DNA of 64,000 nucleotides, taken from assembly GCF_050920415.1 (NCBI RefSeq), contig NZ_CP169309.1. The stretch is one strand, 5' to 3'. The stretch comes from Escherichia coli. GTDB lineage: Bacteria; Pseudomonadota; Gammaproteobacteria; Enterobacterales; Enterobacteriaceae. Below, one piece after another: positions 9,976-18,256 of this stretch. The notes beneath the pieces are model-generated. The model was not told where the DNA came from and did no database searches. It was given only the letters and a program-made list of their open reading frames with translations. The position numbers and the translations under genes were made by a program. Every line of letters starts with the position of its first letter. The first letter of the stretch is position 1.

Positions 9976-11835
9976 TTAAAAAATAAATGGCTTGTCATTT
10001 TTTAATTTTTTCCCAAACTCCCTTGAGCCTTCTAGAGTGAAATGACTATTATCAAAGTAAAGATAATCACCTTTAGTAGAAAGGATGTCACAATTCATTG
10101 ACTTTCCGCACTGCTCGGCAAGCGTATCTATGTATTTATACGAATGCTGGTTGCTACCAAGATAGCCTTTTATCGTATTGTTAATTTCAACTCTACTATT
10201 GTCATAATACTTTTTAGAGTATTTATTTATCCCATCAACTGTGTTTACGCCAGATTTAAAAGCAGACTTAATTATTTCCATTGGCTGTGCCGTAAACTTC
10301 ATCTTAGGCCCAAATACAATAACTTCTCCTTTAGTCCTCTCCTGTATTTTGCCTATAGAGTAAAGCATCCCGAACAGATCGCCAACGCCATAATCATCAT
10401 GAAGGATTATAATGTTAGCTTCAGCTATGGCTGGAGATGAGATTACGTCATTGAATATTTTTTTGCACTTTTCTACATAGGGCATGTCGTTTGGTGTATA
10501 ACCAAAGTTTGAACATAAGTTTGTAGTTCTTATATAAGTTATATCACCCTTCATCCCATTTTCAGTAAGTGCATAAGTCAGATCTATGCCATGAGAATTA
10601 CCGATTATTACTATTTTTTTGTCACCTGTCTTCGGTACAGGGTGAGGCTTGTCTCCATCAACCCAATACCTGTTCATTTGTTCTTTTAGCTGTTCGGACG
10701 TCATTGTGGCAAACGAAAACCTTGATGGAATTCCAGATAGCAATAGTACAGCGAAGCACAAACCAACTACACCACCTACAGGTAGCACGATTGAAGTTAA
10801 TTCATTCAAGGACCTGCCGTTTTTAAATTTTGAAAGTGCCTTTCTTGAAGGGTTTTCAATTAAATAAAATGATGCGGCACCAATAAGAATTGATAAGGCA
10901 ACACCTGATACTGTATAAACCATATCATCCATCTTATTCATTGACATATATACAACTATGGGCCAGTGAACCAGATATACCGAGTATGAAATTTTCCCAA
11001 CCCATTGAGATAATGCATTATCAAGTAATAGGTTATCTTTACATCCAAGATAAATGACAAAGAAAGTAGAAACGACTGGTATTAAGGCAAGATACCCAGG
11101 CCACTTCATTAAGCTGTTAAGCAAGACTATCCCCGATACTGCAAAGGCTATGGCAATCCATCTAAATACAGCAGTGCGTTTTGAATTTTGTATAGTAGGA
11201 AGAAGGTAGGCAAGGCCGCCAGCCAGCATCTCCCAAGCTCTGCTTGACAGAAGATAAAATGCAGCGCCCTGATTATTATAAGAAAGATACACTGAGGCAG
11301 TAAATGATATAATTGCAAGGATGGCAACAACATACCTTATATGCTTAGCGCCCAATAGCTTTGCAATCACCATCATTATGATTGGATATACCATGTAAAA
11401 CTGCCACTCTACAGAAAGCGACCATGTATGAAGAAGCCATTTCTGCTTTGATGCAGTATCAAAATAATCAATGCTATGGTAATACTCAACGTTTGAGAAA
11501 AATAAAAGGCTACTTCTTACGTGTTGAGCCAGGTATTCATATTCAGAAGGTAAAAGAATGAAGTAACCAACTATCAGAACAGCAACTGAAACTACAGTTA
11601 AAGCAGGTATAATTCTTCTTGCCCTATCAAGATAAAATCCTAACAGTGAAAAGTTTCCATTAGATATCTTTGTGTAAATTATTCCAGTCATCAGATACCC
11701 TGATATAACAAAGAATATATCTACGCCTGAAAATCCACCAGAGAACCCTTTGACTCCGAAGTGATAAAGGACAACTGCCATAACAGCAATAGCCCTAAGC
11801 CCGCCTATATCTGTTCTGTATTTTAAAGAAGACAT
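9976..11835 (-). CDS. Membrane acyltransferase-3 family protein with C-terminal SGNH-like domain; probable O-antigen acetyltransferase (OafA/Oac-like)
   Basis: 619 aa; N-terminal R-x10-H motif (RTDIGGLRAIAVMAVVLYH) and about 10 hydrophobic helices typical of acyltransferase-3; C-terminal soluble domain with a GNSH block. Strongly AT-rich gene, convergent with the tailspike. Confidence 0.8.
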   Translation of the reverse strand: MSSLKYRTDIGGLRAIAVMAVVLYHFGVKGFSGGFSGVDIFFVISGYLMTGIIYTKISNGNFSLLGFYLDRARRIIPALTVVSVAVLIVGYFILLPSEYEYLAQHVRSSLLFFSNVEYYHSIDYFDTASKQKWLLHTWSLSVEWQFYMVYPIIMMVIAKLLGAKHIRYVVAILAIISFTASVYLSYNNQGAAFYLLSSRAWEMLAGGLAYLLPTIQNSKRTAVFRWIAIAFAVSGIVLLNSLMKWPGYLALIPVVSTFFVIYLGCKDNLLLDNALSQWVGKISYSVYLVHWPIVVYMSMNKMDDMVYTVSGVALSILIGAASFYLIENPSRKALSKFKNGRSLNELTSIVLPVGGVVGLCFAVLLLSGIPSRFSFATMTSEQLKEQMNRYWVDGDKPHPVPKTGDKKIVIIGNSHGIDLTYALTENGMKGDITYIRTTNLCSNFGYTPNDMPYVEKCKKIFNDVISSPAIAEANIIILHDDYGVGDLFGMLYSIGKIQERTKGEVIVFGPKMKFTAQPMEIIKSAFKSGVNTVDGINKYSKKYYDNSRVEINNTIKGYLGSNQHSYKYIDTLAEQCGKSMNCDILSTKGDYLYFDNSHFTLEGSREFGKKLKNDKPFIF

Positions 11836-11982
11836 AATCGCTATCGTTTTGAGTAAGATGCATTAATGATATCACCTTTAGGGTAATTTCGTTAAGAGTT
11901 ATCCGATCAAATTTAATCCACATATGGTTTATTGTGTATGATGAACTCACCAACTAAGGGGGTTCTTTATGCACAATAAACG

Positions 11983-12396
11983 GTGGTCACTATGGCGCAT
12001 GTGCTGACAACAGAGTCAGTAAATCAGGGGTTAAGCCTGACTGCACTGGCGTCCGTGTTCGTTGGTATACCGCCTGAGGTGGCTTTAGGTGCTCTTGCTG
12101 GTGCGGTAATTTTTGTTACCTCAGCGGTTGAGTATCCGATAAAGCGTAGGTTGCTCCTGGCGCTCCTAAGCTTCCTCTGCGGCGTTCTCTTCTATAAAGC
12201 GACAGCTTCCATTCTGATTGGCTTTGCCAGCCTGATACCAACGATTACGCAGGACTCTTTTGAGAAGGGCATTGTGTATTCCGCCGGGGCATTCGTGTCT
12301 GCAATCGTCGCTGTTCGCATTGGCATCTGGCTGTATCACCGTTCTGAAAATCCGCGCGACATGATCCCGGGGAGAAAAGACGATGACCAGTCCTGA
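11983..12396 (+). CDS. Putative holin (137 aa multi-span membrane protein)
   Basis: First gene of a + strand cluster ending in endolysin and Rz/Rz1; several hydrophobic helices and a charged C-terminus; two closely spaced in-frame Met codons (MVTMAHV). Holin call is positional. Confidence 0.5.
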   Translation: MVTMAHVLTTESVNQGLSLTALASVFVGIPPEVALGALAGAVIFVTSAVEYPIKRRLLLALLSFLCGVLFYKATASILIGFASLIPTITQDSFEKGIVYSAGAFVSAIVAVRIGIWLYHRSENPRDMIPGRKDDDQS

Positions 12397-12676
12397 TCTG
12401 CTTCTCATCCTTAACGCCGCTATCTGCGGTGGCATTGCAATCCGAGTGCTTCTGTTCCGCCGTGACGGGTCACGTCACCGCTGGTGGGGTGGGTGGCTCG
12501 CCTATCTGCTGATCGTCGTGGCAGCCAGCGTACCTATCCGGACTTTCTACGGGTACTACGTCAGCGCCGACTGGTCAGAAGTCATCATCAAAGCCGTGTT
12601 CCTGGCTGCGCTCATCAAGACAAAAGGGAACGTGGTGCAAATTTTCAAGATAACGAGGTCCCAGCATGGACATTAA
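12383..12676 (+). CDS. Putative second holin/antiholin-like membrane protein (97 aa)
   Basis: Overlaps the end of the previous ORF and the start of the endolysin gene; two or three hydrophobic segments; basic C-terminus. Confidence 0.45.
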   Translation: MTSPDLLLILNAAICGGIAIRVLLFRRDGSRHRWWGGWLAYLLIVVAASVPIRTFYGYYVSADWSEVIIKAVFLAALIKTKGNVVQIFKITRSQHGH

Positions 12677-13295
12677 CCAATTCCAGCGTGCAGCTGGCAT
12701 CAGTGAGGTGCTGGCCGCGCGCTGGTACCTGCATATCACCGCAGCCATGAAAGAGTTTGGCATCGAGCAACCGCTGCACCAGGCGATGTTTATCGCGCAG
12801 GTGGGGCATGAGTCTACTGGTTTCACCCGGCTGCAGGAAAACTTCAACTACAGCGTTGCAGGGCTCGCAGGATTCGTCCGCGCCGGGCGACTTACTCAGG
12901 GTCAGGCCAACGCGCTGGGCCGCCGTGCTGGCGAGCCATCGTTACCGCTGGAGCGCCAGCGCGCGATCGCCAATCTGGCGTACAGCAAACGCATGGGGAA
13001 CAATGCCCCTGGTGATGGCTGGAATTACCGTGGCCGCGGACTTATCCAGATTACCGGTTTGAATAACTATCGTGATTGCGGAAACGTCCTGAAAGTGGAC
13101 CTGCTGGAGAATCCTGAACTGTTGGCGCAGGACGAATATGCGGCTCGTAGCGCGGCGTGGTTCTTCGCCAGCAAAGGATGCATGAAGTATACCGGCGATA
13201 TTGCACGTGTAACTCTGATTATCAATGGTGGCCGGAACGGCATCGACGACCGGCGCGCGCGGTACATCACTGCCAGTAAGGTGCTGGCGGTATGA
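12666..13295 (+). CDS. Endolysin, glycoside hydrolase family 19 (chitinase-like lysozyme)
   Basis: 209 aa; motif FIAQVGHESTGF...NYRGRGLIQITG typical of GH19-type phage endolysins; position between holin-like genes and Rz. Confidence 0.85.
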   Translation: MDINQFQRAAGISEVLAARWYLHITAAMKEFGIEQPLHQAMFIAQVGHESTGFTRLQENFNYSVAGLAGFVRAGRLTQGQANALGRRAGEPSLPLERQRAIANLAYSKRMGNNAPGDGWNYRGRGLIQITGLNNYRDCGNVLKVDLLENPELLAQDEYAARSAAWFFASKGCMKYTGDIARVTLIINGGRNGIDDRRARYITASKVLAV

Positions 13296-13774
13296 TCTGG
13301 GCATTCGCAAAAGCATACTGGAAACAGTTGCTTATCGTGGTGATGCTTGCTGTTCTGGTCATATCGGGAATTGTTTCCTGGAATGTACACGGCAGTCGTC
13401 AGTACGATGCCGGGTATGCGCAGGCGAAGGAAGACCGCAAAGCTGAAGATGAGATAGTTCGTCAGCACTACGAACAGGAGAAATCGATCAATGAACGTGA
13501 AGCGCAGCAGAGGATCGACCAGGCGCGCAATGATGCTCTTGATGCTGCCGCTCGCGCTGGCCGGTTGCAGCAACAACTCTTTGCCATCCGTGAGCAGCTC
13601 AGGCAGTATAACGCCATTGTCGGCGCTGGGACGTCAGCCGCAGACACCGGAGTTTTGCTTGCCGACGTGCTCAGCAAATCTCTCGAGAGAAACAGACAAC
13701 TGGCAGAGTATGCTGACCGGGCAGCCGAAGCCGGAAGAGTCTGCGAAAAACAATACGACACCCTGACCAGATAG
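13292..13774 (+). CDS. Rz-like inner-membrane spanin (i-spanin)
   Basis: 160 aa; N-terminal transmembrane helix followed by coiled-coil-prone Q/R/E/A-rich periplasmic domain; ATGA overlap with the endolysin stop; contains an embedded +1 frame lipoprotein ORF. Confidence 0.75.
   Translation: MIWAFAKAYWKQLLIVVMLAVLVISGIVSWNVHGSRQYDAGYAQAKEDRKAEDEIVRQHYEQEKSINEREAQQRIDQARNDALDAAARAGRLQQQLFAIREQLRQYNAIVGAGTSAADTGVLLADVLSKSLERNRQLAEYADRAAEAGRVCEKQYDTLTR
13530..13766 (+). CDS. Rz1-like outer-membrane lipoprotein spanin (o-spanin), embedded in Rz
   Basis: +1 frame ORF wholly inside Rz; from ATG at 13530 the product MMLLMLPLALAGCS... has a signal peptide with lipobox LAGC and a Pro-rich mature part. 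ORF track starts it further upstream at 13491. Confidence 0.7.
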   Translation: MMLLMLPLALAGCSNNSLPSVSSSGSITPLSALGRQPQTPEFCLPTCSANLSRETDNWQSMLTGQPKPEESAKNNTTP

Positions 13775-13884
13775 CATGGCATTTTTCATGGTACTGATTT
13801 CCGGTGACGGTATATAAAACGGTACTAGAAAAATGAAGTTTTGGAAAAATGTTATCACTCAATTGGTTATGATTGTCGTAAATA

Positions 13885-13899
13885 ATTGAGTGGGAATGA
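13885..13899 (+). other. Putative prophage attR core / remnant of the guaA 3' end (ATT GAG TGG GAA TGA = IEWE-stop)
   Basis: 15-nt string encoding the C-terminal residues ...IEWE plus stop of GMP synthase as recalled for E. coli GuaA, in the orientation expected for guaA converging on yfgI; preceded in frame by a stop codon, so it is an isolated gene end, not a gene. Confidence 0.45.
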
Positions 13900-13924
13900 T
13901 TTGATCCCTGCACTATGAATTAGC

Positions 13925-13953
13925 AAAACCCTCTGTTACTACAGAGGGTTTTT
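13925..13953. terminator. Bidirectional rho-independent terminator (AAAA-CCCTCTGT-TACT-ACAGAGGG-TTTTT)
   Basis: Perfect 8-bp stem, 4-nt loop, flanked by A-run and T-run; lies between the guaA-end remnant and the convergent yfgI stop. Confidence 0.65.
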
Positions 13954-13991
13954 ATACTCACGAATCATAGGATTGAAGTTACTGACATCGC

Positions 13992-14531
13992 TTAGTTAAA
14001 CCAGCTGTCCGATTTGTTCTCTTCTGCTTTGCCCACGCTTTTCATCAGATCGCGACCGCCTTCAGTCATATTCCTGTTTGCGTCAGCTTCAGATTGCACC
14101 ACATCGGTTTGCGCAGCTTTGTGCTTCAGTTCCTGATCGATAAATTCGTTTTCTCGCTTAACGCGGGCTTCTTCTTTCGCCAGCGCCAGTTTTTGTTTCT
14201 GAATCTCTAAGCTGCGTAGCTCATCTTCATAACTTTGATCGCGTTTCTTGTCCGCAGTGGCTTCGGCGTCCAGTTTATCCTGACGAGCTTTCTTATTCGC
14301 CGCTGCCGTTGCCGCTCTTTTATTAGCCGCGGCCTGGGCGTTTGCGCGACGTTGCTTCTCTTGCTGGATTTCCCTGTTGCGCTCCGCGACCCATTCGTCA
14401 TGCTGCCTTTGCTCTTCATTTTTACCTTGCTGTTCCGCTTCTGCGACAGCAGAGAGTTGATCCTGCAATGATGAGGCGATAGCCGGATAGCTTAAGGAGG
14501 CTAAGATGGCGCAAAGAAAAACTTTCTTCAT
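13992..14531 (-). CDS. yfgI: YfgI, periplasmic protein (179 aa)
   Basis: Signal peptide MKKVFLCAILASLSYPAIA followed by a highly charged coiled-coil-like region; length and position match E. coli yfgI. Confidence 0.85.
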   Translation of the reverse strand: MKKVFLCAILASLSYPAIASSLQDQLSAVAEAEQQGKNEEQRQHDEWVAERNREIQQEKQRRANAQAAANKRAATAAANKKARQDKLDAEATADKKRDQSYEDELRSLEIQKQKLALAKEEARVKRENEFIDQELKHKAAQTDVVQSEADANRNMTEGGRDLMKSVGKAEENKSDSWFN

Positions 14532-14546
14532 GACTCCTCCTGATTA

Positions 14547-15065
14547 TTAGCTCTTTTCAGGACATTTGGTATTTGGCTGAATACGCGTTTCGTTATACGT
14601 CGTGGTAATAACAACGGCTAAACCTGTCGTAAACTGGCACTCTTTACCCACCTGGGTGGAGGTATACACTTTGGTGCCTTCCTTATACGTTAGAGAAACA
14701 CCTTCCACTAAGGTTTTATCATTCACCATAGAACCTGCTGCCGCGCCAACAGCTCCGCCGCCAACTGCACCTGCCGTCGTTCCGGAATTGCTGCCAGACC
14801 CCACGTTGTGGCCGATAACACCGCCAGCGACTGCACCAATAAGCGCGCCGAAGGCTTGTGCGTTTCGTTTATTTTGGGAGTTGTCTACGGCAACTTTTGC
14901 GGGAAGAATGGAAATAATATTAACGGTTTTAGTTTCTTGTTTGGTATTCAGTTGATCGGTTTGATAAACATCGGCGGCATGATCATCAGCATTTGACTGG
15001 CATCCTGCCAGAGTGAATGACGCTAACATTGCCACAGGCAGAAGACATTTTTTAAATTTCATCAC
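14547..15065 (-). CDS. yfgH: YfgH, outer-membrane lipoprotein with glycine-zipper region (172 aa)
   Basis: Lipobox LAGCQ; Gly-rich GxxxG repeats (GALIGAVAGGVIGHNVGSG...); matches E. coli yfgH. Confidence 0.85.
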   Translation of the reverse strand: MMKFKKCLLPVAMLASFTLAGCQSNADDHAADVYQTDQLNTKQETKTVNIISILPAKVAVDNSQNKRNAQAFGALIGAVAGGVIGHNVGSGSNSGTTAGAVGGGAVGAAAGSMVNDKTLVEGVSLTYKEGTKVYTSTQVGKECQFTTGLAVVITTTYNETRIQPNTKCPEKS

Positions 15066-15375
15066 TATTCCTTGTTATACACATTACGAAAAATAAGACA
15101 TTTAAGATCATCAAAAGAGGAAAGTAAATGTATTGCGTATAAAGGAATAGATTAAATTTATTAAAATTCATGTGGAAAATAATTTATAAAAATACATCAT
15201 TAAAACATATGTATTAATTTTATATTTATTTCGCAGCCAAACAGGATAAACATCAGTCAGGACAAAGACGTAAAATTTAAGATGAAAGAATATCTGCCGC
15301 TTTGATAATCCCAAAGAGCAAAAGCATCCGACAGCGAGGTGCCGTTATGTTCTGTGAAAGTGGAGAAGGTAACCG

Positions 15376-15567
15376 CTAACGTTGTACCGGTGATTCGACG
15401 GAGAGTGTGGATTGCTGAGCTTCTTTTTTGCTCTGATGGTGCTGCCATGCACCGACGGACGAGTAGATAAAACGGCCAAAGAAGAAGATAAAGCTGATGA
15501 GCAGTACGATACGGGTCATGCGACTGTTAAATCGGTGTCGTTTTCGCATACTGGTTGCCTGACTCAC
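15376..15567 (-). CDS. yfgG: YfgG, small membrane protein (63 aa)
   Basis: Translation MSQATSMRKRHRFNSRMTRIVLLISFIFFFGRFIYSSVGAWQHH... matches E. coli YfgG as recalled. Confidence 0.8.
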   Translation of the reverse strand: MSQATSMRKRHRFNSRMTRIVLLISFIFFFGRFIYSSVGAWQHHQSKKEAQQSTLSVESPVQR

Positions 15568-17042
15568 AAAAGGTTCCTTGAAGTATGTCCCACGCCGTGG
15601 ACGGTACTTACATTAAGGCACAACAGGACAAAATGGTCAATTCTTCGTTATGTAAAAAAGCGTCAGTGGATACATATTTTAATGTTATGGAAGTTAATTT
15701 AATTATTTACAATGATGATGTAATAATGATGAATTAACATGATAAACGTAATAATTCATTAATCAGGGTTATTTTGTTTGATATATATCAATTGGAACTT
15801 TCATATGACACTTAGAATCAATGCTCTCTATAGTGATGAATAATCATCATTCGAAGTCAGGTGGGATGCCTGTCTGAATACACCTCCTTCAGGATGTGGG
15901 GGATTCTGCTGAGCATCTATGAAACTGAATGCAACCTATATAAAAATACGTGATAAATGGTGGGGGCTTCCGCTGTTCCTGCCTTCTTTAATCTTGCCCA
16001 TTTTCGCCCATATTAATACTTTCGCGCATATTTCTTCCGGTGAGGTTTTTCTCTTTTACCTGCCTTTGGCACTGATGATCAGCATGATGATGTTTTTCAG
16101 CTGGGCGGCATTGCCAGGGATCGCCTTAGGGATTTTTGTTCGCAAATATGCAGAGCTGGGTATTTACGAAACGCTCTCATTAACAGCTAATTTTATTATC
16201 ATTATCATTCTCTGTTGGGGCGGTTACAGGGTCTTTACTCCCCGGCGTAACAACGTTTCACATGGTGATACCCGTTTAATTGCCCAGCGTATATTCTGGC
16301 AGATTGTATTTCCTGCAACGCTGTTTCTAATACTTTTCCAATTTGCTGCGTTTGTTGGATTACTGGCGAGCAGAGAAAATCTGGTCGGCGTCATGCCCTT
16401 TAACCTCGGGACCTTAATCAATTATCAGGCCTTGCTGGTAGGTAATCTGATTGGTGTCCCGCTGTGCTATTTCATCATTCGGGTGGTGCGAAATCCGTTT
16501 TATTTACGCAGCTATTATTCGCAATTAAAACAGCAAGTTGATGTCAAAGTCACCAAAAAAGAGTTCGCGCTCTGGCTACTGGCATTAGGTGCGTTGTTGT
16601 TGCTGTTATGCATGCCGTTAAATGAAAAAAGCACGATTTTCAGCACCAATTATACCTTGTCATTATTGCTACCCCTGATGATGTGGGGAGCCATGCGCTA
16701 TGGTTATAAGTTGATTTCGCTGCTCTGGGCGGTCGTGCTGATGATTAGCATCCACAGCTATCAAAATTACATTCCCATTTATCCTGGCTATACCACGCAA
16801 CTGACCATAACCTCCTCCAGTTATCTGGTATTCTCTTTTATTGTCAATTATATGGCTGTACTGGCAACCCGTCAGCGAGCGGTAGTCAGACGCATTCAGC
16901 GGCTTGCGTATGTGGACCCGGTGGTTCATCTGCCAAATGTTCGCGCCCTGAATCGCGCGTTGCGTGATGCCCCCTGGTCTGCGCTTTGTTATTTACGCAT
17001 TGAACCGCCCCGGGTTTCCTGGAGAGTGTTTTATCTGTGAAC

Positions 17043-17930
17043 TCAGGCTGCCAGATCATTGTTTCCGATGGAAGCATAATAAGCTTTTTCTGCTTCTGCC
17101 GGAGGAGTATGGCCCAGCCTTCCCAGCAATCGTCGATTGTTATACCAGTCCACCCACGTGAGTGTGGCCAGTTCCACTTCTGCACGGTTTTTCCAGCTCT
17201 TACGGTGTATTACCTCCGCTTTGTAAAGACCATTGATGCTCTCAGCCATCGCGTTGTCATACGAGTCGCCTGTACTCCCTGTTGATGCCAGCAGTTTTGC
17301 TTCTTTTAGTCGCTCCGTATAGGCCAGTGACACATACTGAGAGCCTTTATCGCTGTGATGGATGGTGCCAGACGGACGACGGGCCCACAACGCCTGCTCC
17401 AGCGCATCCAGCACGAATGTCGTTTCCATAGACGATGAGACCCGCCACCCCACGATGTATCCGGCAAACACATCAATGATGAACGCCACATAGACGAAGC
17501 CCTGCCATGTGCTGACGTAAGTAAAATCAGCCACCCACAGCTGGTCAGGACGTTCTGCCACGAACTGACGGTTTACGCGGTCACCTGTGGCAACGGTTTT
17601 CCGGCTGACGGTAGTGCGGACCTTTTTACCCCGGAGAACACCGGCAAGTCCCATAACCGCCATGAGGCGCGCCACTGTACATCTGGCCACCCTGATTCCT
17701 TCCCGTAACAACTGACGCCAGACTTTACGCACACCGTACACCTGATGATTTTCATCGTATACGCGCTGTATCTCTCTCTTCAGCCAGTCATCGCGCTGCG
17801 CACGGGCACTGCGTTTATCAGGATGATGCCGCTGCTGCTGACAATGGTAATACGTTGACGGGGCAATATGCAGTTCACTGCATACCGGTCCGACCCCGTA
17901 CTGCTCACGCAGCTTATCCAGCAGTGGCAT
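17043..17930 (-). CDS. IS3-family transposase OrfB (DDE integrase domain)
   Basis: 295 aa; ...HSDKGSQYVSLAYTERLKEAKLLASTGSTGDSYDNAMAESINGLYKAEVIHRKSW... typical IS3-family OrfB. Confidence 0.9.
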   Translation of the reverse strand: MPLLDKLREQYGVGPVCSELHIAPSTYYHCQQQRHHPDKRSARAQRDDWLKREIQRVYDENHQVYGVRKVWRQLLREGIRVARCTVARLMAVMGLAGVLRGKKVRTTVSRKTVATGDRVNRQFVAERPDQLWVADFTYVSTWQGFVYVAFIIDVFAGYIVGWRVSSSMETTFVLDALEQALWARRPSGTIHHSDKGSQYVSLAYTERLKEAKLLASTGSTGDSYDNAMAESINGLYKAEVIHRKSWKNRAEVELATLTWVDWYNNRRLLGRLGHTPPAEAEKAYYASIGNNDLAA

Positions 17931-18256
17931 TATTTTTTCCAGAGGCGGTCGAACTCCGCCTTCGCAAAATAAGCGGAAGCCTGGCGAAGGATATCGTTAC
18001 TGCGGCGCAGTTCACGATTTTCACGTTCCAGCTCTTTCAGACGCTGACGTTCAGCGGTGGTGAGCCCACCATCACCGCTCCCGGTATCCCTCTCATGCTG
18101 GCGAACCCAGACACGCAGAGTCTCTGGCGTACAGCCAATCTTTGGAGCAATGGAACAAATTGCCGCCCATTGTGAGTCATATTCGCCCTGACTTTCCAGA
18201 ACCATACGAACTGCGCGTTGACGGACTTCGGGGGAAAAACGAGTATTTTTAGTCAT
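17930..18256 (-). CDS. IS3-family transposase OrfA (helix-turn-helix, leucine zipper)
   Basis: 108 aa [57 protein letters not shown]...; ends in an A6 run (plus-strand T6 around 17933-17938) at the OrfA/OrfB junction, the likely frameshift window. Confidence 0.9.
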   Translation of the reverse strand: MTKNTRFSPEVRQRAVRMVLESQGEYDSQWAAICSIAPKIGCTPETLRVWVRQHERDTGSGDGGLTTAERQRLKELERENRELRRSNDILRQASAYFAKAEFDRLWKK

